A stretch of DNA of 64,000 bases from Octopus sinensis (GCF_006345805.1 NC_042999.1:139810001-139874000); one strand, 5' to 3'; positions 1 through 13,682 are shown, numbered from the stretch's first letter. The notes: generated by a model not told the origin, from the letters alone. Numbers and translations: made by a program.

Positions 1-174
1 TAAACATTCTTCAGTCATTTCCTCACTTTTTAGCAAATCAAGCACTTGTTTTATTAAACTATGTAATGCATAAACCATAAACCCACAATTTCAAAATTTG
101 TTACCATCCATAATCAAATTTAAAGCTCCTGCTTACCTGAAAGAAAATCTTTTCCTTTTGTATTTCATTGGAAG

Positions 175-223
175 ATGGAAGAAAAATTACTGAAAATTTA
201 ATTTTCTATAAAATGGCTAAAAG
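175..223 (+). CDS. Putative internal exon of an unidentified plus-strand gene (DGRKITENLIFYKMAK), phase 1 to 2
   Basis: Acceptor tttccttttgtatttcattggaag, donor AAAG|gtatgt, open frame. Phase matches the acceptor at 4661. No homology recognised. Confidence 0.3.
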
Positions 224-390
224 GTATGTAAACACAAACAAGTGCAGAGAGAAAAGCCACTACTTTTAAGGCAGTGGCATCAAAATACAAACATGAGAAC
301 AGTTAATGGAAGAAAGGATTTGTAGTGATCTAATGAATAAAATACCAGCTGAAGAGTTAATATATTTCAAGACCTATAGCATGTCACTGT

Positions 391-608
391 TTAACTCTTT
401 AGCATACATATTTTTGTCAAAAGTAATGCTTATTTATTCACCTTGTTTTTAATTAATCATGCATTATCTTGTAGCTTTGAGATTCTGATGAGGTAACTGA
501 TAATTTTTTAGAATGATATTGTTGGTGTGAGAAATCCAATCTATCCAGTTTGAACATAAAACAGAATATTTTGGTTGGATATGGCTAGGTTAAATGCTAA
601 AGGTTTAA
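391..608. mobile_element. TTAA-flanked MITE (piggyBac-like non-autonomous element)
   Basis: TTAA at both ends with short imperfect TIRs (ctctttagcat...atgctaaaggt). Related copies at 5042-5276 and 54254-54430. Confidence 0.6.
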
Positions 609-789
609 AGTGAATTGACCCAAAAAGAATATCAGTACAAAATAAATGGGTCTAAAACAAGCAATCTCAGAAAAGCAAGTAGATCCTATGTTTTTATTAT
701 TTATTCATCTAAAGAATAACAATGTTCATTACTGGATCTAAGGGAAGGAGTAATACCCATAGCTTTGACAAGCCCACCTAGATAGATGA

Positions 790-1520
790 GATGAATGCCA
801 TTGACATTCCTCTTGAAACTTTGCAAGTTGTGGGGAAACATGGGTAAGGAGGAAATTCCAGAAGGTGAATGTGTTGGGCAAGAATGATTAAGTGTAGTGG
901 TTAGTGTGGGGTTAGAAGGTTGGACACAACAAGAGTGATGAGAAGAGGATAAGTGGGTCAGGAATACTGGGCTGAAGGTGTCAAGAGCCTAGCCAGCTCT
1001 GAGAAGACCCTGTGGACCAGAGGCTGGAGTGCATCTGTAAGTAACTTCATACTAATCAGTTGAATGGCTCTTTTCCTGATGCAGTCTAGGATGCCTGTGT
1101 GAGCAATAACAATTCCATTCCAGATGTGAGAGAGAGCAATGCTCCATTGTGAGCCTCACCTGAGTGTAGTGATTAGTGTGGGACTAGAATGTCAATAACT
1201 ATCAGGAAATGAAGTACCTTCTGGCTCTGAAAAGAGCCAATTGTTAGGATGTAGTACTAGCTATGTACTTTTACCAGGAGAGATCCTCGGTGAAATTATA
1301 AAGGTTTTAGTTGAGTAGAATGTATTGCAAGCAATTGTCCAATTAGAATTAATGTAAGCTCAAGATTGGAGGGAAACATAAGGGAAGGATTTCAAGCAGT
1401 ATAGTTCTTGAAGTATTAAGTATATGATTGGAAGCAGAGAGTAACTAAGACAGATAAGGAAACTGACAATAAATCTTTATATCATGTGAAGTTTGTCTTG
1501 TCCAGACAATGATGCGTAGT
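790..1520 (-). mobile_element. Degenerate CR1/L2/Jockey-group LINE, 3' part of RT ORF
   Basis: Minus strand translates to ...THLSSSHHSCCVQ...SSLPMFPHNLQSFKRNVN, the typical C-terminal WNSLP..FP..YNLQ.FK..VN segment. Many stops and frameshifts. Confidence 0.6.
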
Positions 1521-3614
1521 AACAATATGTAATCTGTTATTAGCAACATTCAATATTAATTTATCAGACAATATGCTCAATCAATCAGCACTGCTAAACC
1601 AAAATACTCAAAAATTTTAGCTAAGTGAAACTATTTAAAATACTTAATATTAGGCATATTATATAAAACGAGTAACAGTTGAAGTAGTAGTAATGATACT
1701 GGCAGAGTCATTGAAGGAAACAATAAGCGACAAAGTAATCAAACAGTAAAAAATACATATAAGAACTTGCAACAATATAACTGTAATCATGACAATAACT
1801 GCACTTACAAAGAAACTAACCATATACTTATGTTCTCATTGAAGTACACTTGTATGGATCGAGACCCAGCTATCTATATTTATATCAGCTGAAAGTAACT
1901 GAAGTCAGGTAGGTAAGAGAAAAGGGAGAGAGAAAGACAGAAAAAGATAACTAGATGTAAAAATACAAGGTGGAATATTTTAACAGAGAATTATTGATCC
2001 TGATAGTAGTCAAAAGGCAAATCAGTGGAGCTGGTGCTTGGCAGTGAGGTAAAAAGAAAAAGATGACAAAGATAAAAACAGTGTCAAGATGAAAATCAAT
2101 TGCTACTCCAATTTTTTAAGTTTAGAATTTTTTTTTTGAAACTGCAACACAGTTCAATCAGAGACAAGCTTTAGAAAGTCAAATATTTGTCAAAAATCCT
2201 TCATGAAAATATAACAAACATTTTGAAACTGGAATTTTTTCAAATTCTTTGTGAAGCAGTTTTAACTTTGATGAAAATAACCGAAGTGGTAACTGATCAA
2301 AATTATTCAGAAGACTGAAAATATGTTGACCAATGATGACTCACAAGACTAGCTTTATTGATTGGTAAAAATGCCACATTTTAACCAGGCACAGCTCTCA
2401 GATTGGTGAGTTTGTGGCAGCACTATATCAAGAAAGGAGGGAGCAAAAGAATCACAGTTGTTCATTGCTTCAACAATTATCACCATCTCCAAATTATTAA
2501 ATAACCACCAATATAAAGTTAGATAAAATGCATTTACTACTACTACTATCTATGTATTTACTACGACTACTACTATTACAATAGATCCAAGCTTGGATAT
2601 CAGGGCACTGAAATCCTGAATGGTCACTCAACCAGCAACAAAACTTCCTCTACCATCTTGATAAAAATGGGACACATAGGAGAATGTATTCCTGTGTATG
2701 TATGTATATATACATACATACACACACACAAAGCATGGTCACGGTTGGAATGTCATTGAACACAGCTCGATGAAAACTGATCTGTGGTGAAGCAATTTCA
2801 GTACATCTAGCTCCATCATATTTTATGAAAGTGTGTTGCTGATTAGACTGGAATTATGTACCATATCCATTAATATCTACTAATCAATGATGGGTTTTCT
2901 ATACAGTGTTTTTGTGCACATTTCAGACTTTTTAATGCATGAAATATTGCTTGGCTCACATATACTTTGTGTATCCTCTACATACTAAGTTAACATCAGA
3001 AATACTCTGACCAGAGTTTAGGTTCAATGAAGAATTGATTGCACATTGTTATAGTTTTTGAAATGCTAACAGAAAAGTCTAGGATTGGTTAACCCTGAAA
3101 ACATTTCTATGGTGCTGATTCAGTTCTTATGAGGAAAATGTCAAAGAATTCATGAAAATCATTTCAAAGTTGTAAGAATAGTTTAGAGTCTAAAGGTCTA
3201 AAAATAACACGGCAACAACCAAAATACTTGTTTCAAATGGGAAATATGCAATCTCAGAGACATCTAGGAAGGTGACTTTGCTCAATATGTAAAAATATAG
3301 TTAGGACCTCAAATATACTATGTGCAAGCAGTTTTTTTTTTTGGTTCTTTCTCGAGCCATGCCTAGCTCATAAAGGCTTGTTTCCCAGTTTCATTGGTGT
3401 ATAGGTTCCCCACCTGGACAGGACACAGGTCCGTTGCAGGTGAGCTGCTAGATGCTGTGCAAACAGTAGGTACATAAAAAAAAAAATGCAGTGATATCTC
3501 TGACAGGATTTCAGATATCTAAGATGTAAACAAGTATATGTGAAATGAAGTCATGAACTCCCAGAGCTCAGCAGACATAGTTGATAGGTTTTGCTACTCA
3601 TATTATTCAACAGT

Positions 3615-3886
3615 CAGTGGCGGACTAGCCAGGTTGCCAGCTTACCCAATGGCAAGTGGGCCCCTGCGCCATTAGAATCCATATATGGGAGCCCATCGCC
3701 TCAAGTTTGACAATTTTTTAATTCACTCCTGGAAGAATGCATTAATCATTTCAGCCTGGCTGTGTCTGTAGACAGTTGAAAAGAATACTTTTAACAACAA
3801 AAGAAAAAATAATAATAAATTGTAAGCTGTGGGTGGGCCCCCTTAGTCTCCTGGTAACTAATATTTTTAGACCCAGTCTGCCACTG
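3615..3886. mobile_element. hAT-type MITE, 272 bp
   Basis: TIRs CAGTGGCGGACT / AGTCTGCCACTG, with an 8-bp target site duplication tcaacagt (3607-3614) / ccaacagt (3887-3894). Confidence 0.8.
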
Positions 3887-4660
3887 CCAACAGTACTGAA
3901 GATAGATATAGTGAAAACATAATTGTATGATACAGGTAAGAGCTAGAGAAATTCAGTATTCTGTTACCAACAAAGTTTCTCTCTTCATGGAAAAAAAAAA
4001 AATCAATACAAAGTATGTCTCAGAAGTGTGATTCTAACTGGTAAGATACTAACAAAGATTTGTGGAGGTGGGTGAGGAAAGAGGTAGGATTTGTTGAATG
4101 GGTAATGAGAAGCTGCATAAAATGCACCAGTATATTAAACTGTTTAACATTATAAATGTGGGGAAATAATGTCTTGGTAATACAAATGGACTACAAACGT
4201 TGGGTGAATATGTTCTCTGTTGTCAATTATAGAGTACCTATGAAAGTAAAAGATTGGGGAAGATATGCAAAAAATAGTGAGCATAGAGCTCAAGATATTC
4301 AGTCTCTCAGAAGAAAAGACACAACAGAGATAATAATGTAAAAATATGCTGTACTTCAGACCTAACTGACACATGCTGGTATGAAATAAGGAAAATTAAA
4401 ATGGTTGATATTCATGATTGCCATGCTTTATTTTGCACTTTGTTATTTTTTTAAAATTTAAAGTTATGGTTATTTCTGCACAATATCTTTACTGGCCCAG
4501 AGAAAATGGAAAGGACAACTACTTATGGAATCTTGGAAGAGAAACCTAGTCATGCAAGTCAAAATAGGAGGGATAAAGTTATGTTTAAAAGAGAAGAGGT
4601 CCTTGTATGAAACTGTAGGAATTACCTCGCAATTTTCATTTTTTTCTATTCCTTTTACAG

Positions 4661-4685
4661 TGAAGTTGCAGTTCCACTTAACTGA
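4661..4685 (+). CDS. Putative terminal coding exon (S-EVAVPLN*) of the plus-strand gene
   Basis: Strong acceptor attttcatttttttctattccttttacag. The phase-2 reading joins exon 175-223. Confidence 0.3.
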
Positions 4686-5041
4686 AGGGAACAATGTTGA
4701 TTATTAATTCCTAAATGCCAAGAAATACAATGCAAACACAGCTAGAATTCCATTGGCAGCATGTTGAGAGTGAATCGTCACCTCTCTACAGCTGGTGATT
4801 CATTTTGACTCACATCATGCTTTTTATTTTATGTCAAGTGCATCTAGTTGTAGAAAGCATTCCAAAGTAGACAGTGGCGCATAATGCAGTCAGATCCTGT
4901 CAAACCATCTAACCCATGCCAGCATGGAACACATGCTAAATGATAATGATGCTGATGACGATAATTAGCAATCCAGTCCTAAGCTAATTAGAACAGTTGG
5001 AGACAAGGAGTAATAAGAATGTGAGAAACTAAGTTTAGTCA

Positions 5042-5276
5042 TTAACTCTTTAGCATTCAGGTTATTCTGTTAAATGTAAAGCTTATTTATTAACACTGTT
5101 TTGAATAATAAATCATGCATTATATTGCAGCTTTGCAATTTCAATGACATAATTGTTTACTTTTAGAATGACATTATTGTAAGGCAAGTGTGAGAGGTCA
5201 CATTTGGCTTGTTTGGATATAAAACATAGAATATTTGGGCAGGAAATGGCTAGCTTAAATGTTGCTGAATGGTTAA
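5042..5276. mobile_element. TTAA-flanked MITE, same family as 391-608
   Basis: Shared internal sequence (aatcatgcattat...gtagcttt/gcagcttt; ataaaacagaatatt) and TTAA ends. Confidence 0.6.
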
Positions 5277-5583
5277 GAGAAAATCTGGAAATGTATGACA
5301 ATTCATCTTTGCAATATAAACATAAGAATATTGTTTGAAAAAGTACTCTAATAGCATCCAGCTAAGTAATTTGAGACAAAGAAACCTTAAAACTCCATAT
5401 AAGCTGATACTAACTCAATATGATGCATATTTCGATAGAATTACACATCAATGTTTAACTATTACCTTGTACAGAAATAACAGGGGGAAGAAAAGTTAGA
5501 AAAATAAAGTGTCATGAACAAAAATGCTTGGAATATGAGAGAAATGTAGGGGATGATACACAATAACAAGGAACTATGCATAT

Positions 5584-5690
5584 TTAACAAAGACACTTCT
5601 TTCCACAATGTTTTTTGAAGTTGGATAAACCACATTTGATATTCTGCAGCCAAGAATACTGACATATGACCCACCAGTCCTGTTCATTGT
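5584..5690 (-). CDS. Putative last coding exon of an unidentified gene (DNEQDWWVICQYSWLQNIKCGLSNFKKHCGKKCLC*)
   Basis: Acceptor aagtcatttctctag, phase-1 open frame to TAA, protein-like composition. Joins exon 5931-5980 in frame. Confidence 0.5.
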
Positions 5691-5930
5691 CTAGAGAAAT
5701 GACTTTCAACTTTTATTTGATACATGGGATACTGAATATGGTGTTGAAAGCATTATGGCACACGATCAGCATATATGTTATATTTTCTAAATAACAAGTA
5801 TTAAATCAGAGATAAGTGAACGCTACTTTTTGACACAGTGGAACATACATGTCTCACTGTTGTGTTAAAAATCACATGTTTTCTAAATAACTAGGCATTC
5901 TCCAACTTCTCTCAAAAACTCATGACATAC

Positions 5931-5980
5931 CTGTAGAATATATCACATTTATCAGGATAAAGTAGTTGAAAACATCTGGT
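5931..5980 (-). CDS. Putative penultimate exon (R-PDVFNYFILINVIYST), phase 2 to 1
   Basis: Acceptor aactaccaccactag, strong donor CAG|gtatgt, 50 nt, phase-compatible with 5690. Confidence 0.5.
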
Positions 5981-6529
5981 CTAGTGGTGGTAGTTTATAA
6001 AATTCAGTAGTTTTGACAGGAGCAGAGGCACTTAAAATGCCAATGTTAAAAATTTGTTGGTAATAGGATGGTTAAATCAAACTACAAACAAAATGGAAGG
6101 TGAAAGACACAAAGAGCAAAAAGTTTTAACCAAATATTAACGTATTTAATGATGTAAAGAAGAAAAACAGTGTAAAGAATACAAAAAGAAAATGAGATTT
6201 AGCAACATGATATAATAACAAAAACGGTGTCATAATATATGACGCTTGTGTAATTATTGTGAAGTAGGCAGTCTCCACACCAGACACATTTTGTTTTTAT
6301 AAGAGACAAAGCCAAAAAAGACACATGCATACAGAAAAAAAAAATCTATTAAGTATTTTTATCACTGTCAAATGATGTAAAGAATCATTTTGTAAATTTT
6401 AGAAGTAGATTTGAAGAAAACACATGCACACATACACACTTACCTCTGCCCAACTCCACATCGCAATTTTTTTAATCTCCATGATTACCAGCATCACATG
6501 TAGGATTGGCTAACAAGCAGTTTTCTTTA

Positions 6530-6930
6530 ATGAATCATTATGTACTTAAAGAAAGTTTTCCTTTTCTCACAAAGAAAAGCAAACATTAAAAAAAATCTAA
6601 ACAAAGGCTCTGGAAGTTGTACATGTAACTGAATATCTTTCAGAAAAGCAAACTGACCAGATCCAAACAAAGTCTGTAGATTGTTAAGGTCATAATACTT
6701 AAAAAAGGGCAATAATGTTTTTTCCTCAGTTCATTGTTAATCTTTCAGGACCTGACTTCAGCAAAATATTTTTTTTTACTGCATTTTTTAAAAAGTCTTT
6801 CTCGCTTCCTGCTCAATTTTATTACAGTCCAAAATTGCTAAAATATTTCAGAGTATCAATAAGCCATGTTATTGTACGAAGAATTGCAAACCACCATTCC
6901 AAGCTCTAAATCATTATTATAATAAATAAA
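6530..6930 (-). mobile_element. piggyBac transposase C-terminal remnant
   Basis: Broken translation RAWNGGLQFF..DMAY...RKDFLK...C..C...C resembles the RRWP..FY..LD.A..N segment and the Cys-rich tail of piggyBac. Frameshifted. Confidence 0.4.
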
Positions 6931-7240
6931 ACTATGAATAAAAAATAAAAAAAAACCCAACACAATAAAAGTAAAATAACAATGCTACTGTCCCTTCTTC
7001 CAAGATAAAACCCAATTAAAACCTTAAACAAAGTTATCACATTTGTGGAAAAAAAGTTAATTTTTGGGGTCCAGAATAAATTTATAAAAAATATCCAGAA
7101 AAAAGTTATAAAGACATATCATAAAGCAAGAAAACATCTTGTTCAGAATATACTTGGATTTTCTTGTATAGGTCTACTTAATCTTAACACAAAAAGCAAA
7201 GATATATGAGTCTTGTAGCTAACATCTAAATATCAATTTG

Positions 7241-7245
7241 ATATA

Positions 7246-7291
<46 letters not shown>
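7241..7291. repeat. (AT)n microsatellite (one of many; others at about 13855-13886, 17679-17747, 32729-32790, 40240-40278, 44364-44423, 50017-50067, 59220-59276)
   Basis: Direct reading of the sequence. Confidence 0.95.
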
Positions 7292-7292
<1 letters not shown>

Positions 7293-8119
7293 CTTGAGAG
7301 GACTATGATTCAGAAATGTAGATCAGAAAAATAGAAACAAATCAGTTTAGAGAGGTAAGTTATGAACATATAAAGGTAAAAATGAAATTTCTTATTAATT
7401 ACCAAGGGAAAGAAGAAAAAGAAGCTAGCACATGTATGCATGTACATCTGTCAATTTAATACAACAGTTAAGTGGATTGAGTAAATAGAGTTGCAATACA
7501 GGCAATCTGACTGCAAATGAAATGGGTGAAAAAAAAGCTGTATATCTATTGTTTCATAAACTAATCTAACAATCTATGTGCACACAAGTGTGCTATATTA
7601 AAAAGCAGCAATGCATGTGTGTAAAATTTGGGACTGTGAAAAATCTTGTCTAACAGGTTTCAGTAATATTACATCTCATGCTAATTTTTTTTTATGCAGT
7701 AAGAAAAACTATCTAAAAAAAACAAACAAAAAATTTTTACACTAGAACATGCCAATTCGAACCATCCTGACTATCAATATGAATAGTTATCACAGTCTGT
7801 TATATAATGTTAGACAACAAACTTATGGATAACTAAAACACAGATGACTCCGCATTACATATGAAAGTTCACAATGACTATCGAAAAAGCAGTTAAATAA
7901 GGAACAAAGAAAATAAAAATAAAATTATGAATAAAAATCTAATAATTTAGAAGTGAGTACATATTTACAATATTTGAATGTTTTTTTTAAAAAACAATTT
8001 AAAAGGTTCTTTTATACAGGTGGAATAAGCAATTTTCCAATTCTAACCTTACAATAGTATGGATATTATCTACCTACACACACATTCATATACACATATA
8101 AAATACTAAACATAATATA

Positions 8120-9190
8120 CACACACATCTGAGTTGGGTAAACAATTCAGAAGAGGTGACATTATCAGTCTACATATTTTGCATAACCTCAGGAACCACT
8201 TCACAGTTGTAAAGGTGAATTGTATTGGGATGATGAGCCTTTGACATTATATATCAACCTACAGGCAACCAACCAATTTAGAAAGACCATATATTCTCTT
8301 TTAAGAGAATCTGGGCTGGCAAATCACTATACAATTAATTTAACACGTTAACTTTGTCAATGTCATTTTAGACCTGACAATGCTCTATATATTATCCTTA
8401 CCTCAAACCAAACAAATCATTTCGATATATCCAAATATTCCAACCACATCAGGAACATTACTAGTATTTAGTTTTAAATATTTCTATCAGACTCCTACAT
8501 TTTCCTGTAAATGAACATATATATCTTAAATAGTGCTGTTTCTAGAAGTAGCTTTAAGGAGAGAATTAATTACCAATGTTAATATCCAACCTTACTCAAA
8601 TAAATGCAGGAGACATACAAATATTAGTACAACCCTCTCATCAACTTAATAGCACCAAATCCAGTTAATAGATGCTTCTTTACACTCCTCAAGGAAGACT
8701 TTCATTCACAACACAAATGTTACTAGATATTTAAAGAAAACATTATCAGGCTCTCTTATTCAACCACCAACAATTTTGCTAAAAATCTTATGTCTAACAT
8801 TTCTAAACTCAACAATTCTAGTGAATCTAGCATTCCATGTAGCTGCTCCAACCCCAGCTTGTCCCTGGTTGACTTCCATATACAGTTTACCAACACAATG
8901 TGAAAACAAAATCTGCCTTGAAAGCATATATCAGTATGAATTTGAATATTTTAAAACAAAATAATATGTGCATTCATCTTTAGAAATCCCAGTAAATACA
9001 ATCATACATCTGGGAACTTAACAAATCTCTACCATTCCAACTCAGTTGAAAATACATGAATAGAGTGAAATCATACTCTGGAAACAAGGAACCCTGTAAC
9101 CTTTGTATGGCTGAAAGTTTGGTGATCGTATTTGCAAAGGTAACCATTATTGAAGAAAATTTCTGAGCTTTTTCCTCATATACGCATTAG
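8120..9190 (+). mobile_element. Penelope-like retroelement remnant (RT C-terminus + GIY-YIG endonuclease)
   Basis: Broken frames give VNFVNVILDL (about 8345), ..YNP.. (about 8620), IF...IRLSYS (about 8730), SYIWELNK (about 9010) and CNLCMAESLVI (about 9095), in the order expected for PLE RT-thumb then GIY-YIG. Confidence 0.7.
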
Positions 9191-9433
9191 GTGCTTAAGA
9201 TGTAGAGATATTTTAAAACAATTAACTACTCTGACTGCTAATGAATTCTGGATACCTATCATTTAATTAATTTCTCAATTTTAATCACCACTGATTACTT
9301 CCCACAATTTTTTATCATAATTATCTTAGTTTTCCTGCATATCTTTTCATGCTAATTCCTTTTATTTCTTATAACAAGGTTTGTCTTTCACCATCTTTAT
9401 ATAGTCAATTACTTTAGTCCTTTATCTATTTAT

Positions 9434-9540
9434 TCATCATCATCATCATTCAACATCCGTTTTCCATGCTGGCACGGGTTAGACGGTTTGACTGAGAACT
9501 GGTAAGCAAGGGAGCTGCACCAGGTTCCAACCTGATTCCT
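9434..9540 (-). mobile_element. RTE-tail SINE / RTE LINE 3' end with (GAT)n tail
   Basis: catcatcatc...ttttccatgctggcacgggttagacggtttgac. The same motif recurs more than 12 times in the window. Confidence 0.75.
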
Positions 9541-11249
9541 TCTATTATAAATATTCCTAATACTAAGATCAGGATTACTAATGCTATTGTTCCATAAAGG
9601 TTCACCTCCATGGTTATAATGATGGTGACAATGACAATAAAAAATTTTTTAAGTAATAGATTGTGTTAATATTACTATTATCACCAATATTATTATCATC
9701 AGGGCAGTGAAGTGATAGAATCATTGGAGCATCAGTCAAGCTACTGTGCTACAATTGTCCACACACTGTGTTCTGAGCTTGAAAGTTGCTTTGGATTAAC
9801 TTTGCTGTGCGCACCTCCAAAGACAGTAAAACATCAGTCAAGTGTTAAGGTTGTTTTAAATTGAAACCTAACCAATTTTCTAGCTATGTTTGATACAGTT
9901 ATTAGTACAGCTATTGTTATCATTACTATCACCATCATTATTAGTATCTTTTATTATGATGATGAATATTGTTAAAGAGTTCAATGCATTGTGGTATTTT
10001 TCTAGCTTTCCTATGTTCTGAGTTCAAATCCTGCTCAAGTCAACTTTACCTTTCATCCTTCTGGGATCAATGGTATTGAATAACCACCCCTTCCTTCAAA
10101 ATTGGTGGTTTGTGCCTAATTAGGAACAATGAAGCATTATTTTTATGGTCATTATTATTGTTGATGATGATGTAATTGTGAATGCTGTCACTTATAATGA
10201 TGATAGTAATGATACTATTGTCAGTGTTATTACTTGTAATAGTATTACAATGAATTTACTATTTTAAATTTTGTTTCTTAATCTATCTCCAGTATTGAAA
10301 TATATTATACTTAATTTCTAATTTATTTAGTTACTTGAGCATAAGACACCAAATACCTGCTCTTAAATTTCTCAAAGTTACAACAGAACTTTTATTGGCA
10401 AACCTAGATTCCAATTAATAGAAGGGCACCAAAACAAACAGTAATCAATAAATAAAAACAAAATACAAACACAATTATACATTACAACTCTTAGACACTC
10501 CTATAAATTCTTAGCCCAATCAACCATCTCAACTTGAATATTAATTTAGGTTGTACCCAGTCTCTTCAGCTTTGATGTATGTGAATATATAGATGTGGTC
10601 TTGCTGAATTGTTAAGTTCACTTCACAACCACAAGGTTCAGGGTTAGATCCCACTGTGTGGCATCCTGGGCAAAAGCCATTTTCTAAAGCTTCAGATTGA
10701 CCTATACTTTCTAAGTAAAATTGGGTTGATGGGAACTGTATTATAGAAACCTATTGGGTGGACTGAAGCTGTAATTCAGAAGGCACAGCCTTGTCAGACA
10801 CACAATCAAACAAATTCTGCTTGAACACTGAGTCATTTACACATTAATTCAAGATGCCAATTATAGAATAATACTGAGTCCATTGCTTGTTACTAAGCTG
10901 TAGAGTAAAAACTTCACAACCAAGCAGATGACATGCAGTATTTTTTTCTTTTTTTAAAGTTAAGAAAGAAGGTAATGGTCATGACTCTTTATAGGACCTC
11001 TGAAATTGCAGGGAAAAGGCAATAGAAAAGCCTACTTATATTGGAGACCTGGTACAAATACTTGTAACAGAGGATTCCATTAAAGGCACTAAAAGTGCCA
11101 GATTCTGCTGTTATTTCAGGTAGCATATTAAGTCTGCTACAGCTATCACAAACTTTCCTTTCTCACTTAACTACAACTACATAATCAGGACATGTGACAT
11201 TGTTTATAGACCTATGTCTACTAGCATTATTGAATGATTGGCAGACATG

Positions 11250-11850
11250 AGTAGTCCTTTTGTCTTTGGTTTGCAATGAGATTTGTCACAGATGATAGTC
11301 CTTTCATGTGGCTAACAAGACAAGCAATAGATGGATAAATGTTGTCACATATTGAACATTTGCAGGGATTATTGCTATGGAGTTTCCTTTCCTTTTGTTT
11401 GGTTTAATTTTGCATATTGAATGATTTTCTTCAAAATGTATGAATACTTTCAGTATATTTTTCTTTATTACCCTTTTAACTGCAATAACTTCCCAAGTTT
11501 GCACATTAATATTGCTCTTCTTCAGATCCAATTTAAGAAGACCATAGTTCTATAAATAACAATAGTCTCTACCCAAACCATAGTTCTTCATAGACAGAAG
11601 CTTTAGAATTGTTCCAAATGAGTTACATGACTTGCTTACTTCAGTCTGTAAAATTGCAAGCAAGTTTCCATGCTGCTGTTTCATGAAATTAACAGGCAAG
11701 CGGTTGAACACTCCATAGACATGCATACCCATAACATAGTTCTCAGGGAGATTCAATGCGACACAGAATGTGACTAGGTTGGCCCTCTGAATTACAGGTA
11801 CTACTAATTTTTGTGAGTTAAGTGAACTGGAGCAATGTGAAATAAACAAA
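11250..11850 (-). mobile_element. RTE (BovB-like) LINE 3' remnant
   Basis: QRANL...MHV...RLP..MKQ..GNL then NINVQTWEVIAVKR...FEE..KRK...C..C..H matches the RTE C-terminal domain. Interrupted by stops. Confidence 0.7.
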
Positions 11851-12699
11851 GTGACGTGCTTGTTTGATGATACTTTTGCTGAAAATGCTCAACTGCTTAA
11901 CGTTTAGCATCATTTTGTATATATTATTGAGATCAGAGAATATTGTGATATTCCAAAAGATTCTATTTATCTTGTCATCAAGATTTGTATGTGATTAATA
12001 TGCTAGCAAGATATTTAAAGGAAGATAGTTTTTAAAGTTATACCAAACAACATTGGGAGATACATGAGATTTTTCAGACAAATGCTGAATATAAGAATAA
12101 TTTTACCATGGTCTATTATAAGACTTAACATGTTATATACCAATAAAATTTTGTCAATAAGAATTTGAAGATCGTTTCTATTATGTGTGACATTATTCGT
12201 CGTTAGCAAATATAAATGTGCCTTATTAGAGTTAAGAAGTGATTTACAATTAAGATGTTGAATAATTTATCAATTATATGGCTGCAAATATAAATACCAT
12301 TAAAGAAGCTTTGAAATTTATAAAAAAAAAAAAAAAAAAAAAGCTCTTGTGAAATATATGGAAAATCGAGTAAGAACAGTCATGTCAATCATTGAAAAAG
12401 GGCCTAAGAATTCTTAATTAATGTGAAAAGATTTGGGTAGGGAATAGATCACTGTTTTATGAATCTCCATTGATAAATGAAAATATCATTACTTCCTTGC
12501 TTAGCAGGAAAACTGAGTGTTAGGAGGAAAGGATATCCTAACATTGAAAAAGCCTATCCAAAATTGTCACATGCACACATTACTACACACCAATATACAT
12601 ACAGATACATATACAGATATAAAAACCTACATAAATACACACATTGTTCCCATTGCTTGGTCTGGAGGAAGAAGCAAAGTCTGCACACGTAAATACATT

Positions 12700-13290
12700 C
12701 ATACATCACCATCATATTACATTAAGTTTTCATGCTGGCACAGGTAGGACAGGTTGCCAAAGATGCTAATCTAGACAAGTAAGAAGATTGTATATTGCCC
12801 ATGAATTTCTTTTTTGGCTTAGTTTCTATATAAATATACAAACGCTAAATGATATATATATATATAGCTAATGATGATATTGTATCATGTAAGTTGTCTG
12901 ATAGGTCAAAGGACTACCTAGTTCTGGTTTCTGTTTTGGCATGGTTTCTATGGTTGGATGCTCTTTCTAATGCCAACCACTGTACAGAGAATACTGGGCT
13001 CTTTTTTGTGTTACCAGCATTAGTGAGGTTGTCGAGTAGCTTGCAAGACAAGACACCTTGATTGAAGGGGGTGTAGTATTGAAGGAGGTGGATTATGCCA
13101 GGTAGCGAAAGGCAAGAGTTTGACAGAGTAATAGAAACAGGTGTCCTGTTGTAGTGATGGTACACAGTTATTCCGAGTGTAAAAAAGAGAGACAAAGATG
13201 GTGCTGATAAAAAATGTGGGTCCCTGTGTGAAAAAATATACACACATAAAAGGAAAAGAAGTCCCACTCATGCCAGCATGAAAATAAAAG
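12700..13290 (-). mobile_element. Long copy of the RTE-related SINE/LINE tail family
   Basis: Contains ttctatggttggatgctctttctaatgccaacc and acaggtgtcctg segments shared with 47130-47960 and 48800-49050. Confidence 0.65.
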
Positions 13291-13519
13291 TGATATTCAA
13301 TTTAAGACAGTATATACTGAAGGTTAAGTGTAAAAAGAACTTTGGAGAGTGGGATACTAAAATCAAGTGGAGAACTTGAGTGATAGGGAGAGGGGGAGAG
13401 AGAGAGAGAGTGTGTGTGTGTGTGTATATAAATGTATATATGCTTACATAAACATGTCACACATTTAAGGATATGTAACAAATAGATGTAAATATATATG
13501 AACACATAGTTACATATGC

Positions 13520-13682
13520 TTCTCAAGCATATGGTCTCCATGGAGTTAGGAAGGGCATTCAACTGTAGAAAGATTGCCAAACCAGACTAAAAGTCTGGTG
13601 CAGCCCCCCACCCCAACTTGCCAGCTCTGGTCAAACTGTCCAACCTATGCCAGCATGGACAACAGACAGTAAATGATGATAT
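13520..13682 (+). mobile_element. RTE-tail SINE copy
   Basis: gttaggaagggcattcaactgtagaa...ccaacctatgccagcatggac...aaatgatgat. Confidence 0.7.

Noticed and set aside
137-189. Minus-strand exon candidate (IFLPSSNEIQKEKIFFQ; aattttcag ... CAG|gtaagc)
   Set aside because: Overlaps the competing plus-strand exon 175-223, and no partner exon lies in the window. Cannot be decided without transcripts.
4156-4341. 61-aa plus ORF (YRVPMKVK...)
   Set aside because: No splice context. Looks like decayed RTE-type sequence.
5084-5112. AATAAA signals on both strands suggesting convergent 3' ends
   Set aside because: Both lie within a MITE, so they are not independent evidence.
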